DNA of 64,000 nt. It comes from Candidatus Anderseniibacteriota bacterium (GTDB lineage Bacteria; Patescibacteriota; Andersenbacteria; UBA10190). The position numbers were made by a program, and so were the translations under genes. The notes beneath the pieces are model-generated. The model worked only from the letters and a program-made list of their open reading frames with translations. It was not told where the DNA came from and did no database searches. Location of the stretch: the NCBI GenBank assembly GCA_021414205.1, contig JAIOOW010000003.1, positions 364,365 to 428,364 of the forward strand, written 5' to 3'. This document shows, one piece after another, positions 45,158-54,053 of this stretch. Within the stretch, counting starts at the first letter, position 1. Each line of letters begins with the position of its first letter.

Positions 45158-46038
45158 GTATAGTTTCTGTATACGTACTCTACAACAGTCTTCATGTCTT
45201 GGAAACGGTCATCGCTCCCGAGGATAACCGCTCCTATTTTTTGTCCATTTGGGCCAGTGGTGATAATTGCTAAATTTTCTTTTGCTGCAAGAGTGTATCC
45301 TGTTTTTGCCGCAAGAATCGGTAGATAAGTTCCTAGTAATTTATCCGTCGTTACAAATGTATGCTTGTTTCCTTCAAGTGAAATGATCTCTCCTTTCTGT
45401 TGAGAGAGGAATGGTCGCAAAAACGGGTCGTTATATGCATTCATGAGCATGTGCTGAACATCTCGAGCAGTAGAATGCTGGATGCCTTCCTGTAATCCAG
45501 TTGAATTCGCCTGGAGCGTATGGAAGAGTCCGTGCGATGCGGCATAGGTATTCGAGTATTCAACGAATGCTGCTTCTGATCCTTTCGCCGCAACTGCAAG
45601 CGACACCATTGCATCGTTTGCGGACGGAATTAAACTTGCTTCGTATAAATCAGCAGCAGATATATGCTCTCCCGGAATAAGCTTGATGCCCACGCCTTCT
45701 GACTGCGCTTTTTTTACTTCGGGCGGAATTGTAACTATTTGACTTGGAGGAACGAGGGATCTGGCAACAACGGTGGATAGTAATTTATTTAAGCTTGCAA
45801 TTGGTCGCTCTGTGTCCGCGTTCCGTTCGTATAAAATCGTATCTGTTGTAATATCCCATACCAGCGCAGACCCGGCGGTAAGGTCGACGTCGACAGCATT
45901 TCCTGTTTTTGTTGGTATTCTTTGAGCTGTTTGCTGAAGTTGTTCTGGAGCAAGTCCAGCTGGCAGGCATGTTGAAATTGGCTGCTGTAAAATCATGCAG
46001 CCAATAACCGTCGCTACGCCTTGAAGAATCGGAATCAT
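45148..46038 (-). CDS. D-alanyl-D-alanine carboxypeptidase (S11, low-molecular-weight PBP)
   Basis: SLNKLL (SxxK), PSAND (SxN) and AKTGYT (KTG) motifs. Confidence 0.75.
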   Translation of the reverse strand: MIPILQGVATVIGCMILQQPISTCLPAGLAPEQLQQTAQRIPTKTGNAVDVDLTAGSALVWDITTDTILYERNADTERPIASLNKLLSTVVARSLVPPSQIVTIPPEVKKAQSEGVGIKLIPGEHISAADLYEASLIPSANDAMVSLAVAAKGSEAAFVEYSNTYAASHGLFHTLQANSTGLQEGIQHSTARDVQHMLMNAYNDPFLRPFLSQQKGEIISLEGNKHTFVTTDKLLGTYLPILAAKTGYTLAAKENLAIITTGPNGQKIGAVILGSDDRFQDMKTVVEYVYRNYTWP

Positions 46039-46565
46039 TTTTCCTGAGTTACTAATCGATCGATATCTTCGCTTCTGGATAGATTTTCGAATTCTGGGAG
46101 TTCTTCTTTTTTCGTGATGCCGAGGTGCATCAATGCATCTTCCGAAATATCGTAAAGCGACGCTTTTCCGGAGGTGCGGATTTGTCTCAGTAGTCCACGT
46201 AGTAGTAATTGTCGAATCATTCTGCGAGAATCAACGCCGCGAATAGAATCTATGTCGTATCGGGAAATGGGCCCTTTATATGCAATAACGGAAAGCGTTT
46301 CCATTGCAGCTTTTGAAAGTTCGTTTCCTCCTTCTTCCGCAAATTGCGCTAAAAATTCCGCAACTTCTTGACTGGTTACCAATTGAGCGTGTGTATTTGT
46401 AGTAACCAAGGCTAATCCGTGATGTTGTAATTCGGCAGATAATTCTTCCAATGCTTTTTTGATCTGTTCTTCTGGTACGTTTAATAATTGAGATAAATCA
46501 GAAAACGTCACTGCTTCTCCGGCAGTAAACAGCAGCGCTTCAATGTGTTGAGTGAGGCTTGTCAT
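46035..46565 (-). CDS. scpB: segregation and condensation protein B
   Basis: 176 aa; tandem winged-helix ScpB signature (…HIEALLFTAGEAV…). Confidence 0.8.
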   Translation of the reverse strand: MTSLTQHIEALLFTAGEAVTFSDLSQLLNVPEEQIKKALEELSAELQHHGLALVTTNTHAQLVTSQEVAEFLAQFAEEGGNELSKAAMETLSVIAYKGPISRYDIDSIRGVDSRRMIRQLLLRGLLRQIRTSGKASLYDISEDALMHLGITKKEELPEFENLSRSEDIDRLVTQEK

Positions 46566-47323
46566 ATTTTATGTACTGTAAGTGTACTAAATGCCCCGTC
46601 TTGTTCCAATCGAACAGAATTCTTACGCGCCATTTCTAAAACCGCCAAAAACGAGACTGCCTGTTCTTGCCGAGTTGATCCGCGTACAGTGTCTTGGAAA
46701 ATTAATTTCTTTGCTGTTGCTAGTCTGTCTTGAAATAGTGCTAAGATATCTTTCATGGATCGTCCGCGTTGGACTAAGTGCGCGGAAGGTTGCGGAGCGG
46801 GAGGTATTCGGTTAATTAAATGTTGTAATGCACCGGCGATTTGCTCAGATGTTATATTTGGCATTCCCGTTTCTGCGCGCTCTTGAAATTCTCCTTCTGC
46901 AAAATAGTGAGCAGGTAAAAGAGGTTTTGCATTCCATCTTGCGTGCAATACCTCTGCGATTGCGCGGAATTTTTCATATTGAGACAGTCTGTATTGCAAG
47001 TCAGAAATTTCTTCTTCCTCTTCAGTTTTTTGCGACGGCACCATTTGCCGAACTTTAATGAGTAGCAATGTTGAGGCAACGACTAAGAATGATCCGATAA
47101 TCTCAGTATCTATTTCATGTTCTTTTATATACTGCAAAAAAGAATCAGTGAGATTTTTCAGGTTAATTTCAGATAGGCTAATCTGCTCTTTTTTTGCCAG
47201 CTCAACTAATAGGTCGTACGGCCCTTCGTATTGCTCGATTTTTACTTCAGGAAGCGCAAATTGCATTCCTAGAGCATACCAAGTAATGGTTGACACATCT
47301 AGGGCGAATAGGTACATATGCAA
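46562..47323 (-). CDS. scpA: segregation and condensation protein A (kleisin)
   Basis: 253 aa with ScpA N-terminal (…GPYDLLVELAKKEQISL…) and C-terminal winged helix. Confidence 0.8.
   Translation of the reverse strand: MHMYLFALDVSTITWYALGMQFALPEVKIEQYEGPYDLLVELAKKEQISLSEINLKNLTDSFLQYIKEHEIDTEIIGSFLVVASTLLLIKVRQMVPSQKTEEEEEISDLQYRLSQYEKFRAIAEVLHARWNAKPLLPAHYFAEGEFQERAETGMPNITSEQIAGALQHLINRIPPAPQPSAHLVQRGRSMKDILALFQDRLATAKKLIFQDTVRGSTRQEQAVSFLAVLEMARKNSVRLEQDGAFSTLTVHKI
47290..47318 (+). promoter_or_regulatory. sigma70-type promoter TTGACA-17-TACATA (unit 1 of a duplicated promoter-leader)
   Basis: ttgaca at 47290-47295, 17-nt spacer, tacata at 47313-47318. A conserved leader tgttcattttatgga follows at 47344-47358. 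Confidence 0.45.
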
Positions 47324-47365
47324 TAGGGTTTACAGTCGATAGTTGTTCATTTTATGGAGGCTTCG

Positions 47366-47713
47366 ATGAATAGGACACTTGAAACGGAAGCGAAAAGATT
47401 GGAAGAGGTTCCACTCGCACTTCAAGTTCTTCTGGAGCAGGGTGAGATAGTGGTGCCTATCCTCGTAAGGTCGAACGTCATTCAAGAAGATGACAAGACA
47501 GGAGTTCGTCCGGCATTGGCGCTGGTAGTCACGCTGCTTCGAGGAGGGGTTGCGAAGGTGTGGGTAAAAGTTGTCGAGCAATCTGAGGTTACTCCTATCG
47601 TGGCGCGAGACATGATAGCGGGCCAATTCCATGCATTTCATTCTGATGCTGAGTTGGTTGCGACTGTGGAACGTGGCGATAGGCATATCGCCGTGGTGAT
47701 GCTCAAAAAATAA
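47366..47713 (+). CDS. hypothetical small protein (115 aa)
   Basis: GGAGG lies 5 nt upstream of the ATG at 47366; an in-frame ATG at 47354 is also possible. It has its own promoter and terminator. No family recognised. Confidence 0.5.
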   Translation: MNRTLETEAKRLEEVPLALQVLLEQGEIVVPILVRSNVIQEDDKTGVRPALALVVTLLRGGVAKVWVKVVEQSEVTPIVARDMIAGQFHAFHSDAELVATVERGDRHIAVVMLKK

Positions 47714-47741
47714 TGCTTTCTATCCAAGTAATGTCCTTGGG

Positions 47742-47770
47742 TCCCCGACTAACAACCGGGGATTTTTATT
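47742..47770 (+). terminator. intrinsic terminator (tccccg-actaacaac-cgggga + TTTTTATT)
   Basis: Stem 47742-47747/47757-47762 with a T-run at 47763-47770. Confidence 0.6.
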
Positions 47771-47792
47771 GATCAGCATACCAACTATTGAT

Positions 47793-47821
47793 TGACAAAT
47801 CCAGCTGGAACAGGTATACAT
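47793..47821 (+). promoter_or_regulatory. sigma70-type promoter TTGACA-17-TATACA (unit 2), followed by the same 15-nt leader at 47846-47860
   Basis: ttgaca at 47793-47798, 17-nt spacer, tataca at 47816-47821. The region from -10 to the leader is ~70% identical to unit 1. Confidence 0.5.
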
Positions 47822-47869
47822 GCATGAGGTTCAAGTTAGATACCCTGTTCATTTTATGGAAAGACTGTC

Positions 47870-48358
47870 ATGTCGCAGGCGGTTTTGGATGTTGAGCAGT
47901 TGGCACGTACTCCAAACTCATGTCCAATTGTTTTAAAGGACGTGTTTGGCGATCCGGTGATGTCCGTTATCCCTATTCCCCCTCAGCAGCAAAGTCCCGG
48001 ATGCAGCAGTTCGGTATGCGTTGCTATCCCCGATCTTACGTTCATTAGGAACGGAAATCGGGACCACCATTGTTTGAAAATTCTTTCTTCGGATCCCGTC
48101 CAGATACTCGAGGCTCGGATTCGAAAATTCGGAATCGACGTACTCGACAATCCCAGAAGCCACCCTTTTCTTGAAGAAAGGGGTGCGTGGAGTATTTGTG
48201 TGGCGAGTGTCGGACCAAAATCCCGCGGCGATTATCCGGTTAAAATCCTCGTTACCATTCAATGCTGGTGGATGCGGTTTATTCCATTCGAAAAACGCGC
48301 CTTGATTATTGTTTCTCACGAGGAACTTAGTCGATTCGCAAAAGCAATCTCTTCTTGA
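47870..48358 (+). CDS. hypothetical protein (162 aa)
   Basis: ORF with its own promoter and terminator. No family recognised. Weak N-terminal resemblance to the 115-aa protein. Confidence 0.5.
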   Translation: MSQAVLDVEQLARTPNSCPIVLKDVFGDPVMSVIPIPPQQQSPGCSSSVCVAIPDLTFIRNGNRDHHCLKILSSDPVQILEARIRKFGIDVLDNPRSHPFLEERGAWSICVASVGPKSRGDYPVKILVTIQCWWMRFIPFEKRALIIVSHEELSRFAKAISS

Positions 48359-48380
48359 AGGACGACAAGCAACTTGAAAG

Positions 48381-48412
48381 CCCCCCCGACTCACCATCGG
48401 GGTTTATTTTTT
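48381..48412 (+). terminator. intrinsic terminator (ccccg-actcaccat-cgggg + TTTATTTTTT), stem nearly identical to the 47742 terminator
   Basis: Stem 48384-48388/48398-48402 with a T-run at 48403-48412, overlapping the stop of the convergent GT2 gene. Confidence 0.6.
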
Positions 48413-49214
48413 ATGTATGAGCGGGCTCCTCTTTTCCCCTAAACTTCCAGAAATATTTGAACGCAGATTTGATATGTTCTCGTGTTGGGCGGTTTGTTAA
48501 TATGCCGATGATTGCATTGCGTTCGCTACTTCGCTGATGGAAATGAGAAAATACGGCAGATGGTACGTATGTAACGCGCCAGCCTTTCTCCCAAAACCGT
48601 CGGCACCAATCTACGTCTTCAAAGTATAGGAAAAATTGCTCGTCCATTTTTCCAACTTTTTCCATCGCCTTTTTGCGAACCATGAGGCACGCACCCATGA
48701 GCCAGTCCACGTCTTTTATTTCAGCATGATCGAAATCTTTCATTAAGAAGCTGGAGATTGCTTTTTTACCCACAGCAGTTTTTCCTAAGAATGTCCGGCG
48801 GTAGATGATTGTCATCACCGTATAAAATCGATAGCACGAATACTGGAGTTTTCCGTTCGGAGAAATTAATTTTCCGCCGGATACGCCTACATCCGAATTC
48901 GCATCCATGAAGTCTATGAGGGTCTGAACAGATCCGGGTAATGCAATCATGTCCGGGTTTAACACGAGGTAGTAACTTCCTTTTGCCTTTTTCAGTGCAA
49001 CGTTAACTCCTGCAGCAAGGCCCATGTTTTCCGGATTATCGATGACCGTTATTTCAGGAAAATCTGAACGTAGTAAATACACGCTGTCGTCTCCTGAATT
49101 ATTATCAACAACGATTATTTCCGTAGACTTCGGCAGGTCTTTTAACAACGACTCAACCAGCGCTCGGGTGAGTTGCCACATCTTATAATTAACGATAATG
49201 ATTGAGAGTTTCAT
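48411..49214 (-). CDS. glycosyltransferase family 2
   Basis: Signature LSIIIVNYKMWQLT…VVDNNSGDDS… (GT-A, DxD). Confidence 0.8.
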   Translation of the reverse strand: MKLSIIIVNYKMWQLTRALVESLLKDLPKSTEIIVVDNNSGDDSVYLLRSDFPEITVIDNPENMGLAAGVNVALKKAKGSYYLVLNPDMIALPGSVQTLIDFMDANSDVGVSGGKLISPNGKLQYSCYRFYTVMTIIYRRTFLGKTAVGKKAISSFLMKDFDHAEIKDVDWLMGACLMVRKKAMEKVGKMDEQFFLYFEDVDWCRRFWEKGWRVTYVPSAVFSHFHQRSSERNAIIGILTNRPTREHIKSAFKYFWKFRGKEEPAHT

Positions 49215-49246
49215 ATTGGGAACTTGTTAAAATGGCATAGAAGTAT

Positions 49247-50188
49247 TCATGATGCAAGCCCCTTCTGTTTTTCTCTCATTTTTCTTAATCCAGCCCACGT
49301 TTCTTTCCACACAGAGAATAATTGTTTTGAAAATAAAGATAGAACAAAAAAGATAAATAATCTTGCCTTAATAAATGGCCAATGCAGAATGATTTGTTTC
49401 GTTGATGCATTTTTTGCAATCATCCACATGTAGTTTCTTAGTGACCATTTTGTTCGCGGGCTGTTGATGCGTTCTTGAATATTTTTCAAACTCAATCCCC
49501 AGTTAAATACTCCGCGTTTGCCGAGTGTTCGTGCGTGGTAGCTTACGAGTACTGGAATATATTTTACTTCCCAGCCCGCATTATGTAGTCGCCAGCCCAA
49601 ATCTACATCTTCTTTGTATGCGAAGAATTGTTCATCGAATATTTGATTATTTTGTGCAACATTCTTTAAAGCTTCAACGCGATACAATCCGCATCCGCCC
49701 GTTACAGCAAGCAAATCCGCAGGCTCTTCGTATTGTCCAGTGTCCTGTTCATTTGATCCGCGTTCTTTTCCGTTAAATGAAAGAGTTCGCATGATTCCTG
49801 CAGAGTCGATGATATGCTCGCCATTTTTTCTATATAGTTTCCCCTGTATCGCCCCAAGCTTCGGATTGTTTTGCATTGCTTCTAACAATTTCTCAATACC
49901 TGACCAAATAATTTCCTGGTCTTGGTCGAGCGTCAAAATAAACGGCGTGATGCATTTCGCAATGCCTGCGTTATGCGCTTTTGCAAATCCTTGATTTTCG
50001 TGGAATTTCAAAATATCTGCATTCGGTAGGATTTCTCGAATAATATCTAGGCTCGCATCTTCGGAGCCGTTATCTACATACCTAACCTCTATGATGTCTT
50101 GAGGGGCGTGCGCCAACGCTTCCGCCGTTGCTCGAAGATGTTTTTCCCCATTCCAGCCTACTATTTGAATTGTCAGCACCTTGTCCAT
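49247..50188 (-). CDS. glycosyltransferase family 2
   Basis: GT-A N-terminal domain (…YVDNGSEDASL…; DQDQ). Confidence 0.8.
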   Translation of the reverse strand: MDKVLTIQIVGWNGEKHLRATAEALAHAPQDIIEVRYVDNGSEDASLDIIREILPNADILKFHENQGFAKAHNAGIAKCITPFILTLDQDQEIIWSGIEKLLEAMQNNPKLGAIQGKLYRKNGEHIIDSAGIMRTLSFNGKERGSNEQDTGQYEEPADLLAVTGGCGLYRVEALKNVAQNNQIFDEQFFAYKEDVDLGWRLHNAGWEVKYIPVLVSYHARTLGKRGVFNWGLSLKNIQERINSPRTKWSLRNYMWMIAKNASTKQIILHWPFIKARLFIFFVLSLFSKQLFSVWKETWAGLRKMREKQKGLAS

Positions 50189-50218
50189 ATACGAACTATA
50201 GCATGGTATTATACGGAT

Positions 50219-51757
50219 ATGGCACTCCTAATAGCAGTATATGGCCTTGCCGGGCTCGATATGGCACTTTGCGCCCTTTCTCAAACGGCGCTTTGGCAAA
50301 GAAAAGAGTACCGATTGGATAGGATGAAAGCCTATCTGTTTTCGCCTGAAAAGTCTGCATTTCACATAGCGATATGGGTAGTGGGTCTGCTATGCGCTCT
50401 GACAGCCTTTTTTATGCCGTTGTTTGGGTATATCAGCTTGCTTGTTTTATTAGCAGGATATGTAGTTCGTGCGATGAAGCGCGGGGTGGTTCGCCCGAAA
50501 TTTACGATGCGGGCCATTGCTGTATGTGCGTTGGCTATCATACTATCAGGAGCTGCGTTGTTATTTATCTCGAATATTCTTTGGATCTCGCTTATTGTTG
50601 CCATAACCCCTCTTATTGTTGCTGTATGCGTTTGGGTTGTTGCCATTCCGTCTGCGCTAAAAAAATCAGATTCAATACAAAAAGCGATAACATATCGCAC
50701 CTCTCTTACTCAATTACAGGTTATAGGTATTACCGGAAGCGTTGGCAAAACGTCCACAAAAACATATGCGCTGCATTTGCTTGAAAATGATGATCAAGAA
50801 ATTCTCGCTACAAAAAAGCATCGCAATTCGCCGTATGTTGTTGCGCTTGATGTGCTTTCGCAAATTACTAAGCATACAAATGCATATATCGCCGAACTTG
50901 GCGCATATAAAAAAGGAGAAATTGCAGAATTGTGTGAGATCGTGCAACCGACCATTGGCGTTATTACCGCAATCACAAACCAGCATGCCGCATTATTCGG
51001 TTCAGTTGAGAATTTGGCCCAAGCGAAATGGGAGTTGGCGGAATCTATTCCAGAAAATGGAATGCTTGTGTTAAACAAAGACGACAGAAATATACGAACA
51101 TTAGCGGAAAGATACTCTAGTCGCATTACGTGGTATTCCATGAAGGAATCCGCGGACGTTATGTTCGAAAGCATCGTATTGCAGCAAGACAGTGTTTCGT
51201 GTGTACTTGCTATTAATCAGCAACGATTCGACGTAACTATTCCAGTGGTAAGTCGCGGTCAGCTTGGGTCTGTTCTTGCGGCGTGCGCAATCGCACATGT
51301 AATGGGTATGTCTGGGGAAGATATTATGAAAAAGCTTGCAACATTGCCGGCGCTCGAAAAAACGATGGAGTATAAAAAGTTGCACAGTGGCGCAGTCGTC
51401 ATAGACGACAGCTATTCTGCCAGTGAAGCATCTGTAATGAATGCAATTGAGTATTTGAATGCAGTCGGAGGCGAACATGCTTTGCTTGTACTTGTTCCTA
51501 TTATAGAGCTCGGAGACGAAGCTGCTGCGGTCCACGCTCGAATCGGCACAGCTCTTGCTCATGCACAGTTTCAAACATATATATATGGCACCGCGTATCA
51601 GGAAGATATTATGAAAGGATTATCTGGAGTATCGCATCTTCATATCACCTGGTATACCGATCCGAAAACGTTGGCGGAAGATGTTGCAACGCAGACCAAA
51701 GAACAAAATATGATTGTGTTTGAAGGTCGACTGCCTGGTATCGTAACGAACGTATGA
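50219..51757 (+). CDS. murF: MurF-like UDP-MurNAc-tripeptide--D-Ala-D-Ala ligase with N-terminal polytopic membrane domain replacing the usual N-terminal domain
   Basis: About 170 aa with 4-5 TM helices, then GITGSVGKTSTKTY and the MurF-typical …ELGAYKKGEIAELCEIVQPTIGVITAITNQHAALFGSVENLAQAKWEL…LNKDD. The start at 50219 lies 30 nt from the divergent GT2 start. Confidence 0.7.
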   Translation: MALLIAVYGLAGLDMALCALSQTALWQRKEYRLDRMKAYLFSPEKSAFHIAIWVVGLLCALTAFFMPLFGYISLLVLLAGYVVRAMKRGVVRPKFTMRAIAVCALAIILSGAALLFISNILWISLIVAITPLIVAVCVWVVAIPSALKKSDSIQKAITYRTSLTQLQVIGITGSVGKTSTKTYALHLLENDDQEILATKKHRNSPYVVALDVLSQITKHTNAYIAELGAYKKGEIAELCEIVQPTIGVITAITNQHAALFGSVENLAQAKWELAESIPENGMLVLNKDDRNIRTLAERYSSRITWYSMKESADVMFESIVLQQDSVSCVLAINQQRFDVTIPVVSRGQLGSVLAACAIAHVMGMSGEDIMKKLATLPALEKTMEYKKLHSGAVVIDDSYSASEASVMNAIEYLNAVGGEHALLVLVPIIELGDEAAAVHARIGTALAHAQFQTYIYGTAYQEDIMKGLSGVSHLHITWYTDPKTLAEDVATQTKEQNMIVFEGRLPGIVTNV

Positions 51758-52998
51758 ACCGCCCTATTGCCATTTCCCTATCCCCGAATACAGACAGCAA
51801 AGACGTTGCTCGTGCGTGGAGTGTGCTTTTCTCCCGATCGCTTCGTGAGAATACGGACATTCTTTCTGAAGTTGCGCATCTTATTTCGAAAAAATTCGAC
51901 AACAGATTCGTCGTACTTAACTCAAGCGGCCGCCAAGCATTGTATGATTTGCTCCGCGCATATGATATTGGGCTAGGTGACGAAGTTATTATTCAGGCGT
52001 TTACATGCATTGCGGTTCCGGAGCCAATTCTGTGGGTTGGTGCAAAGCCTGTGTATGCCGACACTGCAAAAGATGCATATAGTATTGATGTTCAAAATGT
52101 TCTTAAGAAAATAACACCGAATACGAAAGCGATTATCGTTCAGCATACGTTTGGAATCCCGGGGCCGATTGAGGAAATTGTAAGCATGGCTAAAGAAAAA
52201 AATATTATTGTCATAGAAGATTGTGCGCATGCATTCGGCGCAGAGTTGAATAACAGGGCGCTGGGAACATTTGCGGATGCAAGCATTATCAGTTTTGGTC
52301 GGGACAAATGCCTATCGTCTGTGTATGGTGGTGCGTGCGTAGTAAAAAATCGCGAACAGATGGAAAAATTACGCGCATTCCATAATCAGCGGAAGCAGCC
52401 GCCTTTTATGTGGACTGCTCAGCAATTGCTTCATCCGATTTTGTTTTCATATATTATTCCCTCGTATTTTACATTTGGAATCGGGAAAGTATTGCTTGTT
52501 CTATTTCAGAGAGCTCAATTGCTGAGTCGCGCGGTTGAATTGCGGGAACGATCTGGAAGAAAGCCTCTTCACATTGAATACCAATATGCTCCGGCGCTGG
52601 CCCAGCTTCTCGTGCTTCAACTCGGAAAAATAGATGCAATGAATGCTCGAAGAAAATATATTGCGGATAGATATGCGCAAGAACTTTTTGGCAGTAAAGC
52701 GGTACTCCCCGCAGTGTCGCAGAACACTCAGCCATCGTGGCTCCGCTTCCCCGTTCTTGTAAAAAATCAAAAACAAGTGATGTTTATGGCGCGCGAAAAA
52801 AATATACTACTTGGGGATTGGTATGATAGCGCCCTTGTTCCAAAAGGTTCAAATCTTATAGAATTTCAGTATTCATTAGGCTCGTGTTCTGTCGCAGAAA
52901 AAACTGCGGAACAAGTAATTAATTTGCCAACATACCCTTCTCTCACGGATACTCAAGTGAGTGAAATTATTGCGCTTATTAAAACCTATGCAAGTTAA
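51754..52998 (+). CDS. DegT/DnrJ/EryC1/StrS-family PLP-dependent sugar aminotransferase
   Basis: 414 aa; …IEDCAHAFGA…SFGRDKCLSS (the Lys in this motif is the PLP site). Confidence 0.8.
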   Translation: MNRPIAISLSPNTDSKDVARAWSVLFSRSLRENTDILSEVAHLISKKFDNRFVVLNSSGRQALYDLLRAYDIGLGDEVIIQAFTCIAVPEPILWVGAKPVYADTAKDAYSIDVQNVLKKITPNTKAIIVQHTFGIPGPIEEIVSMAKEKNIIVIEDCAHAFGAELNNRALGTFADASIISFGRDKCLSSVYGGACVVKNREQMEKLRAFHNQRKQPPFMWTAQQLLHPILFSYIIPSYFTFGIGKVLLVLFQRAQLLSRAVELRERSGRKPLHIEYQYAPALAQLLVLQLGKIDAMNARRKYIADRYAQELFGSKAVLPAVSQNTQPSWLRFPVLVKNQKQVMFMAREKNILLGDWYDSALVPKGSNLIEFQYSLGSCSVAEKTAEQVINLPTYPSLTDTQVSEIIALIKTYAS

Positions 52999-53995
52999 AG
53001 AAATACGAGATAAGAATGTTTGGGATCAATTCGTGCTTCCTCTTGCGCCGAACACCTTTTTGCAATCGTGGGAATGGAAAGAGGTGCAAGAGCAAGACGG
53101 CGAGCAAGTTTCAATGCTCGGCTTTTATGAACAAGAGCAGCTTATTGCGGTGTGTCTAGTGATTCTTGTGCATGCTAAGCGGGGAAACTATTTTTTGGTG
53201 CCGCATGGGCCGATTGTACAAGATGAAAAAAAATATAAGGAAATAGTGCAAAGTCTTACCGATTATTGTGCGCAATATAAACATAGCGCCGTTGTTCTCC
53301 GTGTTGCGCCGCTCTGTTTGAATACACCGGAAAAGCAATGTATTTTTTCCGATCTCGGCTTTCGCCCATCCCCTATGCATGTACATGCAGAGCTTACGTG
53401 GGTGGTAGATATCTCAAAACCGGAAGAAGAGATACTTGCAGGTATGCGCAAGACGACACGTCATGCAGTTAAAAAAGCGGAGGCTGCTGGGGTGCAAGTT
53501 GAGATAATTACGGATGCAACTGGACTGGGTAGATTTTGGCCGATGTATGAACAGACGACAAACCGACACGGATTCGTTGCGTTCCAGAAACAATTTATAC
53601 AGTCTCAGGCAGAACTATTTGGGAAATCGAATAGCATGTTTTTCGCTATTGCGAGACATGATAATCAAGATATTGCTGGTGCTATGTGTATACAATACGG
53701 AGATACTGTTTTCTATTATCATGGCGCATCTATAAAAACTTCTATTCCTGCTGCGCAGCTGCTCCAATGGCGGGCAATGCAAGAAGCGAAAAAGCGCGGA
53801 GCAGTACGATATAATTTTTGGGGTATTGCGCGAGATGACGAAAAGAATCATCCGTTTGCTGGTATTACTGTTTTTAAAAAAGGTTTTGGCGGATACATAG
53901 TCGATTTGTTGCACGCACAAGATTTGCCGCTTTCATGGAAGTATTGGCCGATGTGGGCTCTTGAAATACTACGAAAGAAGAAACGAGGGTTTTAA
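52961..53995 (+). CDS. FemAB-family peptidoglycan/glycan bridge aminoacyltransferase (FemX-like)
   Basis: Two GNAT-like halves with …FWGIARDDEKNHPFAGITVFKKGFGG. The start is ambiguous between GTG at 52961 and ATG at 52988. Confidence 0.75.
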   Translation: MKLLRLLKPMQVKEIRDKNVWDQFVLPLAPNTFLQSWEWKEVQEQDGEQVSMLGFYEQEQLIAVCLVILVHAKRGNYFLVPHGPIVQDEKKYKEIVQSLTDYCAQYKHSAVVLRVAPLCLNTPEKQCIFSDLGFRPSPMHVHAELTWVVDISKPEEEILAGMRKTTRHAVKKAEAAGVQVEIITDATGLGRFWPMYEQTTNRHGFVAFQKQFIQSQAELFGKSNSMFFAIARHDNQDIAGAMCIQYGDTVFYYHGASIKTSIPAAQLLQWRAMQEAKKRGAVRYNFWGIARDDEKNHPFAGITVFKKGFGGYIVDLLHAQDLPLSWKYWPMWALEILRKKKRGF

Positions 53996-54053
53996 AAAAC
54001 TGCGGGCTTGCAATCATATGTGTATGATTCAAACCGCGCAGTTCTGATCGATG

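Noticed and set aside
44978-45163. Apparent long overlaps at several junctions (murD/mraY, mraY/dac, frr/holB, secA/downstream ORF)
   Set aside because: These disappear when internal Met starts are used. They give ATGA- or TAAnATG-type junctions instead, so they are not real gene overlaps or frameshifts.
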